A stretch of DNA of 63,708 nucleotides, the filler included, from Reticulomyxa filosa (Eukaryota > Protista > Foraminifera), in assembly GCA_000512085.1 (NCBI GenBank). It is 16 parts of 16 records of this genome, joined end to end, with 100 filler letters (N's around TTAATTAATTAA, not from the genome) between each part and the next. Parts side by side here need not be neighbours in the genome. Positions count along the whole stretch, not along the records: positions 9,245 to 15,727 come from ASPP01009840.1; positions 15,828 to 17,205 come from ASPP01041685.1; positions 17,306 to 18,548 come from ASPP01014787.1; positions 18,649 to 30,995 come from ASPP01013239.1; 12 more parts are not named here. One strand, written 5' to 3'. Of the stretch, positions 12,861-23,709 are shown one piece after another. The stretch's first letter is position 1. Each line of letters starts with the position of its first letter. A program made the position numbers and the translations under genes. The notes beneath the pieces were generated by a model. The model saw nothing but the letters and a program-made list of their open reading frames with translations, made no database searches and was not told the DNA's origin.

Positions 12861-14192
12861 TTATTTTTCCAAAATTAATTGCCGAATGGCTTGGACCATT
12901 TTAGTCAAAACATTTCCAGTAGTGTCATAATTATAATGATTGGTGATAACAGCATAATGACATTGTTTAAGCATTTCTCCAATTTGTTGTGGAGATAAAA
13001 CTTGATATTGATATTGGACGTCCTTGTCATCCTGACTATTTTCATTTTGAATGAAAAGTACGGAAAACCCTTGTTCTTTGCAAAGATTTTGTATTTCATG
13101 CGCTTTTTCAGTATTGACAACTAATTGTGGAGCATGTTGTGAGTTCACATTATCATTTTCTTTCTTGAATTTGTCAGTGGTGTACGGAACACCGAATATA
13201 GTGGCATAGTGAAGTAAAATTTTGCGGTGACGTTTTGTGTGTTCATCCGCGGCATTAAGTTGTCCTAACAGCTCTTCTTTCACTTGTGCAAGAAACTCGA
13301 GTTTTTTTCCCATGATTCTGTCCATATCAACATAATAGAACAATAACAAAATTTTGTTTTGAACTGCCTCCTCTATTTCCTCTTGTACAGATACGTCATC
13401 GGCATTATTCGCATCCATCAAACTGTGTTTATTATAATCAATTGTGCCAAGAGAGTTGGTTAATGTCGAAGTGGAAGAAGAGAGCGATCTTTTCGGATAG
13501 TAATAATGAAAATAAGTGTTGACATCATTTACATCATCTGCAAATATCAAATGCAGCAACAGTGGCAACAAAATGGTCAGCAAAAATAAGATGATCGAGT
13601 ACAACACCGCACTGCTTTGTCTCAAATATTTATTACTTTGATCCAATGAATAAATTTCCTTCACATAATAATTATTCAACGGAAGGGACTTTTGAGCCCT
13701 CCCTTTTCCTATAATGCCCCTCCTCCCCCAAAAAAAAAAAAAAAAGTTGCAAAAGGGACTGAAAAAAAGAGATTGAAATAAAAACACGTATTCGTCACAA
13801 TGGCCAAACAAACAAAACGATATGGGCGGAAGTGATCAGCAAATTGATGATATTTATCCACTTGCAAATCAGTATTCTCATGAATGAGCCCCTGATGAGG
13901 AACTCGATAAGGGGAAGATCCAGTAATATTTTGGTTTGGCATTGTTGAGAGCGCATTTCGTTGCATCTGTGATTGTTCAAACCAACTTGGCCTATCTACT
14001 GCTGAGTCACTATCCAACGATTCCACTTCTTCTTCATATCTATCCACAAATGTATCCATTCCATCATGTTGATACAACATTCTCACTAAAATTTGATTTT
14101 TTTTTTTAAAAAAAAAGGATGCATGTATGTCAAAAAAAAAACACAATAAAATGGTAACAATCGCTCATACCCTTCGTTTCTGATTTGCTCAT
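12861..14192 (-). CDS. Hypothetical single-pass membrane protein (3 exons)
   Basis: ATG at 14192 (MSKSETK), intron 14170-14086, exon in ORF 13709-14146, second intron at about 13825-13707, and a long final exon (ORF 12861-13811) with one TM helix, VLYSIILFLLTILLPLLLHLIF. Confidence 0.65.
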
Positions 14193-15409
14193 TTAATTTT
14201 TTTTCTAGATGAGAATTTAATCGTTTTGTTCTAATCATTTTTTATTTTATTCTCTTTTTTCCTTGTTCCAAGGTATAAAATAAACCATTTTTTAAAAAAT
14301 GGTACCTTTTTAATCGGATTACTGTGTTGTTATACGCACTTCGCATTTTCATCAACTGTGCTCTTAATTCACTTTTTTCGGCATCCGTCAAATTTTCTGT
14401 TTGTTCTTTTTTTTTTTTTGTAATATGTTGATATTATCTCAAAACGTTTTTATTCGCAGGAACACCCCTTCCTCTTTCTACTCAAATGTCCACTGAGCAA
14501 AAAACAAACTAGAACTCCGAAATTAATATATTGGATTTTTCTCCTCTCTTCGTTTTTTTGTGATAATAATACCGTTGTTGTAGGAAGTCATTGCAAATGT
14601 CGGCAAATTGTCTGTTTGAACGTCCATTTATTTTGTTTTCCAACAAAAATGCACGTGTTTTACGACACAAAGTGGTGAAACTATTCCCAAATAAAACCTG
14701 AGCAAAGTGTTGAATCGGACTCATCATCAATCATTTCATCTGAGCGGGTGTTCTGCAAACATCAAATTCATCTCAAAGTTTATCGTAAGAACTGGTGTTA
14801 TTCTTTGTTATAGAATTGTTATATGAGTATACACATCGTCTGCTTTTTTGTGAGAGTCTTTCACCTTTTCTTTTGAATGGAAATCATGTCTTTGTGTCGG
14901 AAACATTTAATACCCAATGGTAGAGTTTTTTTTAATTCAAACGCTCACAACGTCTCCTCCAAGTCAAAACGTTACAAACTTTAACTAAAACAGCTCTTTC
15001 TGCAAATTGTTAGTTACACTAAGATATATTGAAGAGAGGGCATTATAAATGATAAATCGGTCTATGGTGTAAAACAAGTCCTAATTTTTAAAAAATTTAA
15101 AATGTAGATACAGACCACATTAAAAAAAGTTTGTTATGTAGTCGTGATGGACCCCTTTTTATGGGGATCGTCAGGGGGAACAAAAAAATTTTGTAACAAA
15201 AAGTTGTGATTCTCATTTTTGAAAAATATTGAATGATTTTTTGGAAGACACAGCAATACATGCCAAGTCGAAGCCACGTACCTCATCCACAAAAAATACA
15301 ACACTGCTCCTCAACAATCCATGCAAACGGATATTCGACACTCAGGAGCACACACAAAAAAAACTTCTGAAAAAAAACAACGAAAAACCCCTATCGGTTA
15401 ATCGCATTT

Positions 15410-15727
15410 CTATGCGCTGGTCTTGGTGTCAAGGACAATTCCATCAGTGTTTTGAGGGGCATCAGCAACTTCAAAAATTTCAGATTCAGGAGCTTTGCCA
15501 TCGGCTTGAGCATTTTTAATGAATGTATTATACAAAATACCGGCACAAGCGCCACCAGTGAATTCCGCAATCCAAAAGACGTAAAAGTGGTAAACGTAAA
15601 AGGGTTCGTTTTTACCAGCAGCAGCAGAGGCAGCACAGACAGCCCCAACCCAAACTGCTGGATTGATGATACATCCACTGATACTACCAACAGTGTAGGC
15701 GGACAACATCAAAGTTGTACCTTTTTT
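15410..15727 (-). CDS. Aquaporin / MIP channel, 3' part only (truncated by gap)
   Basis: GSISGCIINPAVWVG (second NPA loop) followed by YVFWIAEFTGGACAGILY (MIP TM6 pattern). Confidence 0.85.
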   Translation of the reverse strand, partial: KKGTTLMLSAYTVGSISGCIINPAVWVGAVCAASAAAGKNEPFYVYHFYVFWIAEFTGGACAGILYNTFIKNAQADGKAPESEIFEVADAPQNTDGIVLDTKTSA

Positions 15728-17305
15728 NNNNNNNNNNNNNNNNNNNNNNNNNNNNNNNNNNNNNNNNNNNNTTAATTAATTAANNNNNNNNNNNNNNNNN
15801 NNNNNNNNNNNNNNNNNNNNNNNNNNNACTAATACAGCACAGGAGCACAGGAATAACTAATACATGATCAAATAACCAATAATCATCGACATCCATCTGC
15901 AATCAAAATGATACGACCACACCCAAAACGACGCCATTCTAAAATATCTCAGTATCGAACAATTCTTGCTCCTTTTTTTTGAAGTAAGCTCCAAACTTTT
16001 GGAATTTGAAAAAACTAAGAAAAAAAGAAAAGAGTTGTTTAACTAACTCTTTTGAAACGAAATTGATCCAGGAATCACCAATCTTTTCACCACTGGCGCC
16101 GGACACGGAACGAACTTAGTGCAAAGCTTTAGAAAAAGGGGAGGTTCCTCGCTAACACATTTCAATTTTCTTTAGTTGAAATGAAAAATAAATTTCTGTC
16201 AATATTTAAATTCATTCAATTTCAAATTAGAGAACACATAAATTCACAATTTGATGCGGAATAAGTAGGTGTAGAAAATGATTTGACTCTGTTGCAACAA
16301 GGATTTTTTTGAAAAAACAAATATTAGATATTTGATGCTGTTTGTGACTGTAAATTAATGAGGTTTCAAGAAGATCTTGTTATTACAGCTTGTTTCTAAG
16401 GAATAGTTTTTGCACATTCCTGTTAGTATTGTTGGTTTTATTGCATCACTTTATCAAATTTTGTTGAAGGAAAAAAACACATTGACTCATTCATCATTTG
16501 ATACAACTCCACTATTGCAATCCATATATTTGCAAATTTGCTTTAACACTTCAATTTTTGAACACATTAAAATTTTGATTGATAAAAAAGTAAGCATGGT
16601 ACGACTTTTTCCAAAATTAAGTCCAACAAGCAATAATCAAAATGTTCATACTACAACAATAAAAAAAAGTGCGTTTTGTTTCTCTGTCTTGCTGTTTGCA
16701 AAAGGAAAGTTTTGTGATCATGTGATACCTATTCAATACAGCTGTGTTTTTGAGAAAGAGCATTGCAAAAAAATGAATTGAAATAATTAATTTGAAAAAC
16801 TCAAAAGTTTTAATATTTGTTTGACGTTTGGATTTTGATGGTAGTGTACGCAATGTTGGTATTGTCGTTTTTGCATTGCAAATAATTTGCAAAAGGGGAG
16901 TTGTATGATTCTGTGCAATGTAATTGTGTTTTTCAAGGAAAGATTAGAACAAAAAAAGAAAAGAATTGTCTTTTAGTCCAAAATGAACAAACTTGTTTGT
17001 GATGTTTGCAAATTTGATCAACAGTCGGTCTACTCAAAATTGATTGATATAAACAACTTGTCCTTTTCAATGTGCAAAAATACGAAAAAATGCATAAAAT
17101 CTTCAGATACAAAATATCATTTTGTTCGTTCTGTTGAAAATAAATTCATTAGTATAAATATAGATATAATTGTTATTGATATTATTCATATGTTAGTCTT
17201 TTCTTNNNNNNNNNNNNNNNNNNNNNNNNNNNNNNNNNNNNNNNNNNNNTTAATTAATTAANNNNNNNNNNNNNNNNNNNNNNNNNNNNNNNNNNNNNNN
17301 NNNNN

Positions 17306-18548
17306 AGAAGAAGAAGAAGAAGAAGAAGGAAATGGTGACAATGATAATGATAATGAAAGTGAGGAGTCGAGTGAATGGATGCTGGTCGACACAACTGAAT
17401 CTCCTGAATACGATGACAATGATGATAATGATGATGTCTTCATCTCAACCAAAACCACTGACGAAGGGGAGGGAGAAAGCAGCGAAGAGTACTTGGACTC
17501 GACCAGTCTCGACATTGACACCACGGCCGCCACCAATGCCAGCTGGCCTTTGGATTGGTGGGAAGAGTTCATTCCGGAAGGGTTTGCATTCACGTTTTCC
17601 CTTGGACTGGAAGGATGCTATGGTGTGTGCGAGGGCGTAGGTCTGGGCTTGATTTGGGACGTCGCCAATCAGCGCATGTTCTTGTCTTTGGACAGCATTC
17701 TGCTGGGGATCAACTATCAGAAGGGTGTGCACGTGTTTGCCGAAACGGGATTCTTGCTCTTGGAAGACAAACATCTCACTAATACTTATTTGGACTTGGG
17801 ATGGCAGTTTGATTTGTGGGAAGATGCAAACACCTCTGTCAATGGTTTCTTTTTTTTTTTTTTTTTACTTATATTGTCAAATAATAATAATAATAATAAT
17901 AAAAAAACACACACACATTATCATAACTTTTTACACCTTTGGCAAACATTTTTTTTTTTTTTTTTTTAAAAAAATGCGATCTAGCGGTGCAAGTAAATGT
18001 AATGTGGAACTTGGGACACGACACAAAGTTGCTGCCTTGTGGACTAACCTTGCGATATGACATATTTGGCGTGGGGTCAGAGGAGTGGCCTTGCCATAAG
18101 CCTTATGACAGTCCCGAGCTTTTGGACGAAGGCAATGTGTCCTTGCCAGCACCTCAGCTGCCGACCAACGAAACGGTGTCGTTGATCACTACCAGCTTGA
18201 ACCAAGGAACTGAAATCTTTTCGTATTCGCAACCCACGTTCCGGAAATCAGTAACGACACCCAAGAAGAAGAAGAAGGCAGCACTCCTACGCAAGCAGAG
18301 TTGATGACGACGGTGGCGGAATCATTACCCAATGGATCTGTGTCGCAACCACCCACGACACCGAACCTGACGGCAGTGGAAGAAGGACAGTCCACAGACC
18401 TTCCTTCCGAATTTCCATTGACAAGTATTATTGATCTTCCTCCATGGTTTGAGGCACCCTATTGCGAAGGATTTCGAGTTTCTTTGCGACGAAAGAAAGT
18501 CTTGGCAAAAATGGATTGTTACGTTTGCTCTTTCACACACATACACAC
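17306..18548 (+). CDS. Partial hypothetical acidic Ser/Thr/Pro-rich protein with a beta-rich domain (bounded by gaps)
   Basis: GC-elevated open frames 17379-17844, about 17984-18240 and 18301-18515, joined by an AT-rich intron and one single-base indel. No family recognised. Confidence 0.55.
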
Positions 18549-18648
18549 NNNNNNNNNNNNNNNNNNNNNNNNNNNNNNNNNNNNNNNNNNNNTTAATTAA
18601 TTAANNNNNNNNNNNNNNNNNNNNNNNNNNNNNNNNNNNNNNNNNNNN

Positions 18649-21076
18649 AAAAAAATAAATAAATAATAATAATAATTTATATAAAATGAGAGAGAAAAAA
18701 CAAAACTCGATGTGCGGAAAAATCGGCGATATGACTATCGTCGAATTTATCCCATTCAAAGATTGCTCCTGGCTTGGTGTTATCCTCTTTCTTTTCATCT
18801 TTTTTTTCATCCTTTTCGTCTTCTTTTTTCTCTTCTTTGGTCGTTTCGTCCTTGCCTCCTTTGGCAACCACAGCCACAATGGTGGAGTGTTCATCGAATG
18901 TGGTGCATATTTGAAGGTCGCTCTTGTGATGGCCTTCGAAATGCCATTTCTTTATCACAACCGCAATGCTGTCAGTCCAATACGTGGACAAAGAGCTATT
19001 GAAAGCCTTGCACTCTTCTGAGTCGTCAATGCTTTCGATGTTCTTGCAAAATGACACCAATTCGTCCAACCACAAGCGTTCTGCCACTCTGCCTAGCTCA
19101 CTTGCATCCAATTTCTATTGTTAGCATTTCACACGTTTTCGGTTATAATAATAATAATGAATATATATATTTATATATATATAAATATATATATTCATTA
19201 TTATTGTTATTATTATTGTGTCAATGTGTTACAAAACTCCGACGTCACAGGTGCCTGTGTACAAGAACTGCAAAACATATACAAATTGGTGATGTTTAAT
19301 GACGTTGTGATCGATTTGAATGATGACAAAATCGGCATTCTTTTGCTCGTCTTCCTCAAGACCTCCATCCAAGCCTCCGGGCTCACCTTCATCTGCAATC
19401 TTTTTGCGAATGCGGATGAAGCCTTCGATGCCGTTTTTGTTGATCCTCTCCCACGTCCATTTGTCCAGGTAGTGTCCGTCTTCGCGCTCTCTTTGTTTGA
19501 GGAGCAGTCTTGGGATCTTAAAGTTGATTTTCTTGTCAGGATCGAACAGTTTGCGGAACACCTCACTCGACGCGGTCAACATCAGTTGGTGTCCATACAA
19601 CGGCTCATTCACAAACTCGATTTCTCGTTCCAACGACTCCCCGCCCTCTTCGCCGTCATTGTTGTCGTCATTATCTTTTTTTTTGGTCGTCACAAAGTCG
19701 AAGCGCACATCCGACAAGTGTTCATTGTTCACCAACTTTTTCCAGTCCTCGCTCACCCTCGATCCTTCTATATTCATCCACGGCGCATGTCCAGCTGCTG
19801 GTAGCTCTGGCGGGATTGGTTTGGGGGGCACCTTTTTTTGTAAAAAAAAAAAAAATTTTGAAATTCCCCTTTTTTTTTTTTATTTAAAAAAAAAAGTATA
19901 CATTTGGTTTGGCCTTTGATTCCGATTTTCCGATGGACCATCCAAACCCCGCACTTTTTTTAGCCTTGATATTAACCGACAGTGCAGAGCGTATAGCAGT
20001 ATCAAATAACAATTTTATATTGACCTATCGATTTATGATCGTGCTGAAATGATTCTCACCTCTTGGAAACTGTACTGCTGTTTCACACAAAACAAAACTG
20101 ATGTAAGTGAACTGGCGATAATGCATTGCGAAGCTCCTAGTTTGGTGGCCAGCGTCTCAGCATCTTTTTGGAGGACGAAATTGTTATTAATTTTTCGGGA
20201 AACCTCAAGATCGCCATAGAGATCCGACTTGAGACCGACCAAAAGGAAAGGAGTGCTTGGACAATGATGCCGTATTTCGGGGACCCATTTGGACTCAATG
20301 TTTTCGAACGATGATTTACTGACTACGCTGAAGCACACTAAAAATACATCTGTTTGCGGGTAGGACAGTGGTCTGAGTCGATCATAATCTTCTTGTCCAG
20401 CTTTTCGTATCAGTGTTGTTATTAACTTGGGGTTTATGGCTTTTTTTTTCCCCTCCCACTCATCGAAACACAGATCAAAGAAAAACCCATCAAAGGAGCT
20501 CATCAAAAAGATTTCATTTTTACCTGTATCCCAAATGCCCAGCCTTTTTTTTTTTTTTTGTGTGCATATGTTTGTGTTGCTTGTTTATTTGTCATTCAAG
20601 CAAAGGGGTGAAACGTGTACTGCTCGGACATTCTTATAATAGCATATACGCTACTCTTTTTTTTTTGTACGCAGCGTTGAAATAGTATACATACATATAT
20701 ATGTAATTGTCAACTGTTATGGGCTTTTCGTCAACCATCACATTGGCACTGTAATTATCGAACACCTTTTTTTTTTAAATGACTTGTTCGCAAGTATTGC
20801 AAAAATACAGGTCGGACATTTTTGTGGATATCCTTGTTTGGTCATAGATTAAACGAAAATATATGTATTCATTAGTAAACACACGAAGCACACACTGTTG
20901 GCACGTATTCTGATGGAAACGAGTTGGTAGTATACGATATGCACAGACACGACTTTCCAACGGCTCCTGTTGTTTTGTTTTGCACAGTTTGGACTATTCT
21001 TTCCAACGGACAAAAAACCGAAAATATCCTATTTTAACACACCATCGCCGACAATGACCAATTTCACGTTTTGCAT
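18649..21076 (-). CDS. RhoBTB-like protein (Rac-like GTPase + BTB domains), 3' end in gap
   Basis: [56 protein letters not shown] and [11 protein letters not shown]. Then Pro-rich [13 protein letters not shown]1 (LSDVRF...[17 protein letters not shown]...VLQFLYTG) and the start of BTB2 (KSDLQI...FSAHR). Includes a micro-exon at 20524-20543. Confidence 0.88.
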
Positions 21077-21969
21077 AGTTCAGAGACGTGATTGTTGAAT
21101 GATTTGGGATGGAATTAGTCTTTTTTAATCTTCGTTTTCTTTAAGCTTTCGGTGACAGTGTGCTCACAGAACAATATTGTTTGCAAGAAATACAACAAAA
21201 ATACACTCTATTTTTAAAAATATCTGCACAGTCTGAAGCTTCAAAGAAAGGATGAATGTATAGTAAGTCTTAGCGTAAATCATAGTTTATATGTTTCTGA
21301 TGAAGCGCTATTACAACATTTAAAAAAAGTGTGTTGCATGTGCGATTGTATATTGACTTATATTTGCTTTTTAATCTTTTAATAAAATTTTTTGAAATTA
21401 TCAAGAGATTCTAATGACGAACAAATACAAAAATATTTGAATGAAAATATCAAATATATTTATATGTTAAAAGAAAAAGTTATAAATTTATTCAAGTATC
21501 TACATTAAAAAAAAATTTTTTATATTAACAATTTGTATATTTGTAACTTCATATAAATATTTCAATTCTTTTTTCAAATAAATATTTATGCTCCGCAAAA
21601 AAAAGCACATGAAATACACTTTTTAAAATTTTTTTAAAAAAAGCTTATCTAAAAAAATATATTGTAAATGTTTTTAAATTAGATATAACACTACTTGACA
21701 GTAAAGTTGATAATCTGCGTTTTTTATTTAGTCATTTAAAAACCATGAACAAGTGGTTCAGTACCTTGGTTGATCGATAAGTAATTTTAAAAAGCATCAA
21801 ATTGTGCATTAAATATTATTGGAACCTAAATACATTTTTTTCGCATACTAAATAATTTGAAGCAAAATGTATTAAACAGCAAAAAAGTGAACCAAGAGCA
21901 AAGTTCAAGATTGAGGCTGAACGTTTGGTCAAAAATCGTTTGAAAATTTCTTCTCATTTATTTATCGGA

Positions 21970-22382
21970 ATGCCAACATACCAAATTATTGCGCCAAAAC
22001 GAGGAGGAGCTCGATTGACACAACAAGAATTTCAAGCATGCATTCAAGCATTGCAAGCCAAACAAACACTGGAAAAACAATACGGATGCACTTTGTTAAG
22101 CTATGCGTGGTCTGCAAATGCCACGACCTGCTTTATGATAGTTGACAGCAAAAGTCACTTTGGTTTGAGTGCTTTTCTGTCCAAGGTTATTCCATCTACA
22201 ATTGATTTGGACCTGAAAGTTGAAGCTTTGGTGACTATGCAAGAAATGCAACAAGCGTTGTACCAGGTAAGCTTTCTAACAATAGGGGGTTTTTTTGCAT
22301 GGTATACGTGCTTGAACTTAATTTTTTTCTCTTATAAAAAAATGTTTCATTAACATAGCAAATGAGCGAAAAGACCCAATAA
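21970..22382 (+). CDS. Small GYD/DUF3303-like (dimeric alpha-beta barrel) protein, 106 aa
   Basis: ATG 21970, intron 22267-22358 (GTAAGC..TAG), stop 22382. The pattern MPTY...EKQYGCTLLSYAWS...FMIVDS...ALVTMQEMQQAL resembles bacterial GYD-domain proteins (by eye). Confidence 0.6.
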
Positions 22383-22948
22383 ATTCTTCCAGCTATGTGC
22401 CCGATCACACTCAGCCTCATTATTTCTTTCCGTCTTCTTTATTTTCAAGGCTGATTTTTGTAACGTTTTTGTTGTGTTTTCCGATTTGAAGTGTGTAAAA
22501 TATTGAAGAAATTTGGAAGATTGTCTTTCGTTGCAAAAAATCATTGACAAAAACGTGTGATTTTGAGTTTGTTCAGTGCTGATATGGTATTACTGTTTTC
22601 ATTTTTTTTATGAAGAAATTCTGTCTCCTTTGAAAAGAACGAAAAAATGCAATACTCGTTTTGAGAACAGGTTGGAATCCTTAAAGTTTTTTATTCATCC
22701 ATCTTTTCTTCAAGGGGAATATCTCATAGTTTTTTCTCCTCAAAAAAAAAAACGAAGCCCCTTTGTGAGATACAACATTTTTCCTATTAAAAATCAGTGA
22801 TGTTCCTGTTGAATTAACTTGGATTCTTATGCCCAGATAAGTAATGCGAAGACTTTTTTTTCTCACACCAAAGACGATGTTAAGAAAAAAAGAACTCAGT
22901 CGCATCTGTACCAGATTAAAGTTACATTGGTGTACACAAGTTAGTTTT

Positions 22949-23709
22949 TCACAAAATTTGACACCGTTTTTTTCCGTCCGTTTTCTGTTGTTTTGGTGGT
23001 GTCCAATCGTCAACTAGTCGAATTTTTCGAACAACTTCATAGAAAACATCTTCATTATTGATTTTGTCTTTGGCACTTGTTTCAAAGAAGTTACAATATT
23101 CCCCCCAAGTCTTGGCTGTCATTCACACATACATCGATGTTTTAAAATCATTTCATATTATTGTATCGTTTTTCTATTGTGAAACGTACCTAGCTTCTCT
23201 CCTTCCTCTTTTTGAACTTGCCGATATTGCGCTAAATCACATTTGTTCCCGGCAATTACACTATGAATGTTACAATATAATCATACGGATTGATCTTGTG
23301 ATCCTATCTCACTCCTCTTATCACAAAGAGATACTTTGTTGCTCTTTTTTTTTTTAGAGCCACTTAACATTGGAATTTTTTCTGTGTCTTTTGCTCTGCA
23401 AAGTTTTTCGTATAGTGTTTGCATTTCCTCAAAACTTGTCTTTGACGTGATGCTATACACCAAAAGAAATCCCTTCCCGTCTCTCATCCATTGTTCGCGC
23501 ATGGCTGAAAACTCGTCCACGCCAGCTGTGTCCAACAGATCCACTGTGACTGGCGTGTTATCAACACTTATTAGCTTGCGATAAGTATCTTCAATTGTGG
23601 GGTCGTAATCATCTACAAAGTTCCCACTTGCCATACGGACTGTCAGTGCGCTCTTGCCTACATTGGCACTTCCCAGCACTACAATTTTATATTCCAAAAC
23701 TTCAGCCAT
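22949..23709 (-). CDS. Ras/Rap-family small GTPase (3 exons)
   Basis: EYKIVVLGSANVGKS, YDPTIEDTY, LDTAGVDEFSAMREQWMR; exon 2 IAGNKCDL; exon 3 FFETSAK; CAAX KKRCQIL* with stop at 22949. Confidence 0.92.

Noticed and set aside
15828-15896. Short minus-strand ORF start as aquaporin exon 1
   Set aside because: It is separated by a gap and has no MIP motif, so it cannot be linked.
20524-20545. Non-canonical GG acceptor at the RhoBTB micro-exon
   Set aside because: One extra G after an A-run, or use of the alternative GTATGT donor 17 nt further on, restores frame with GT-AG.
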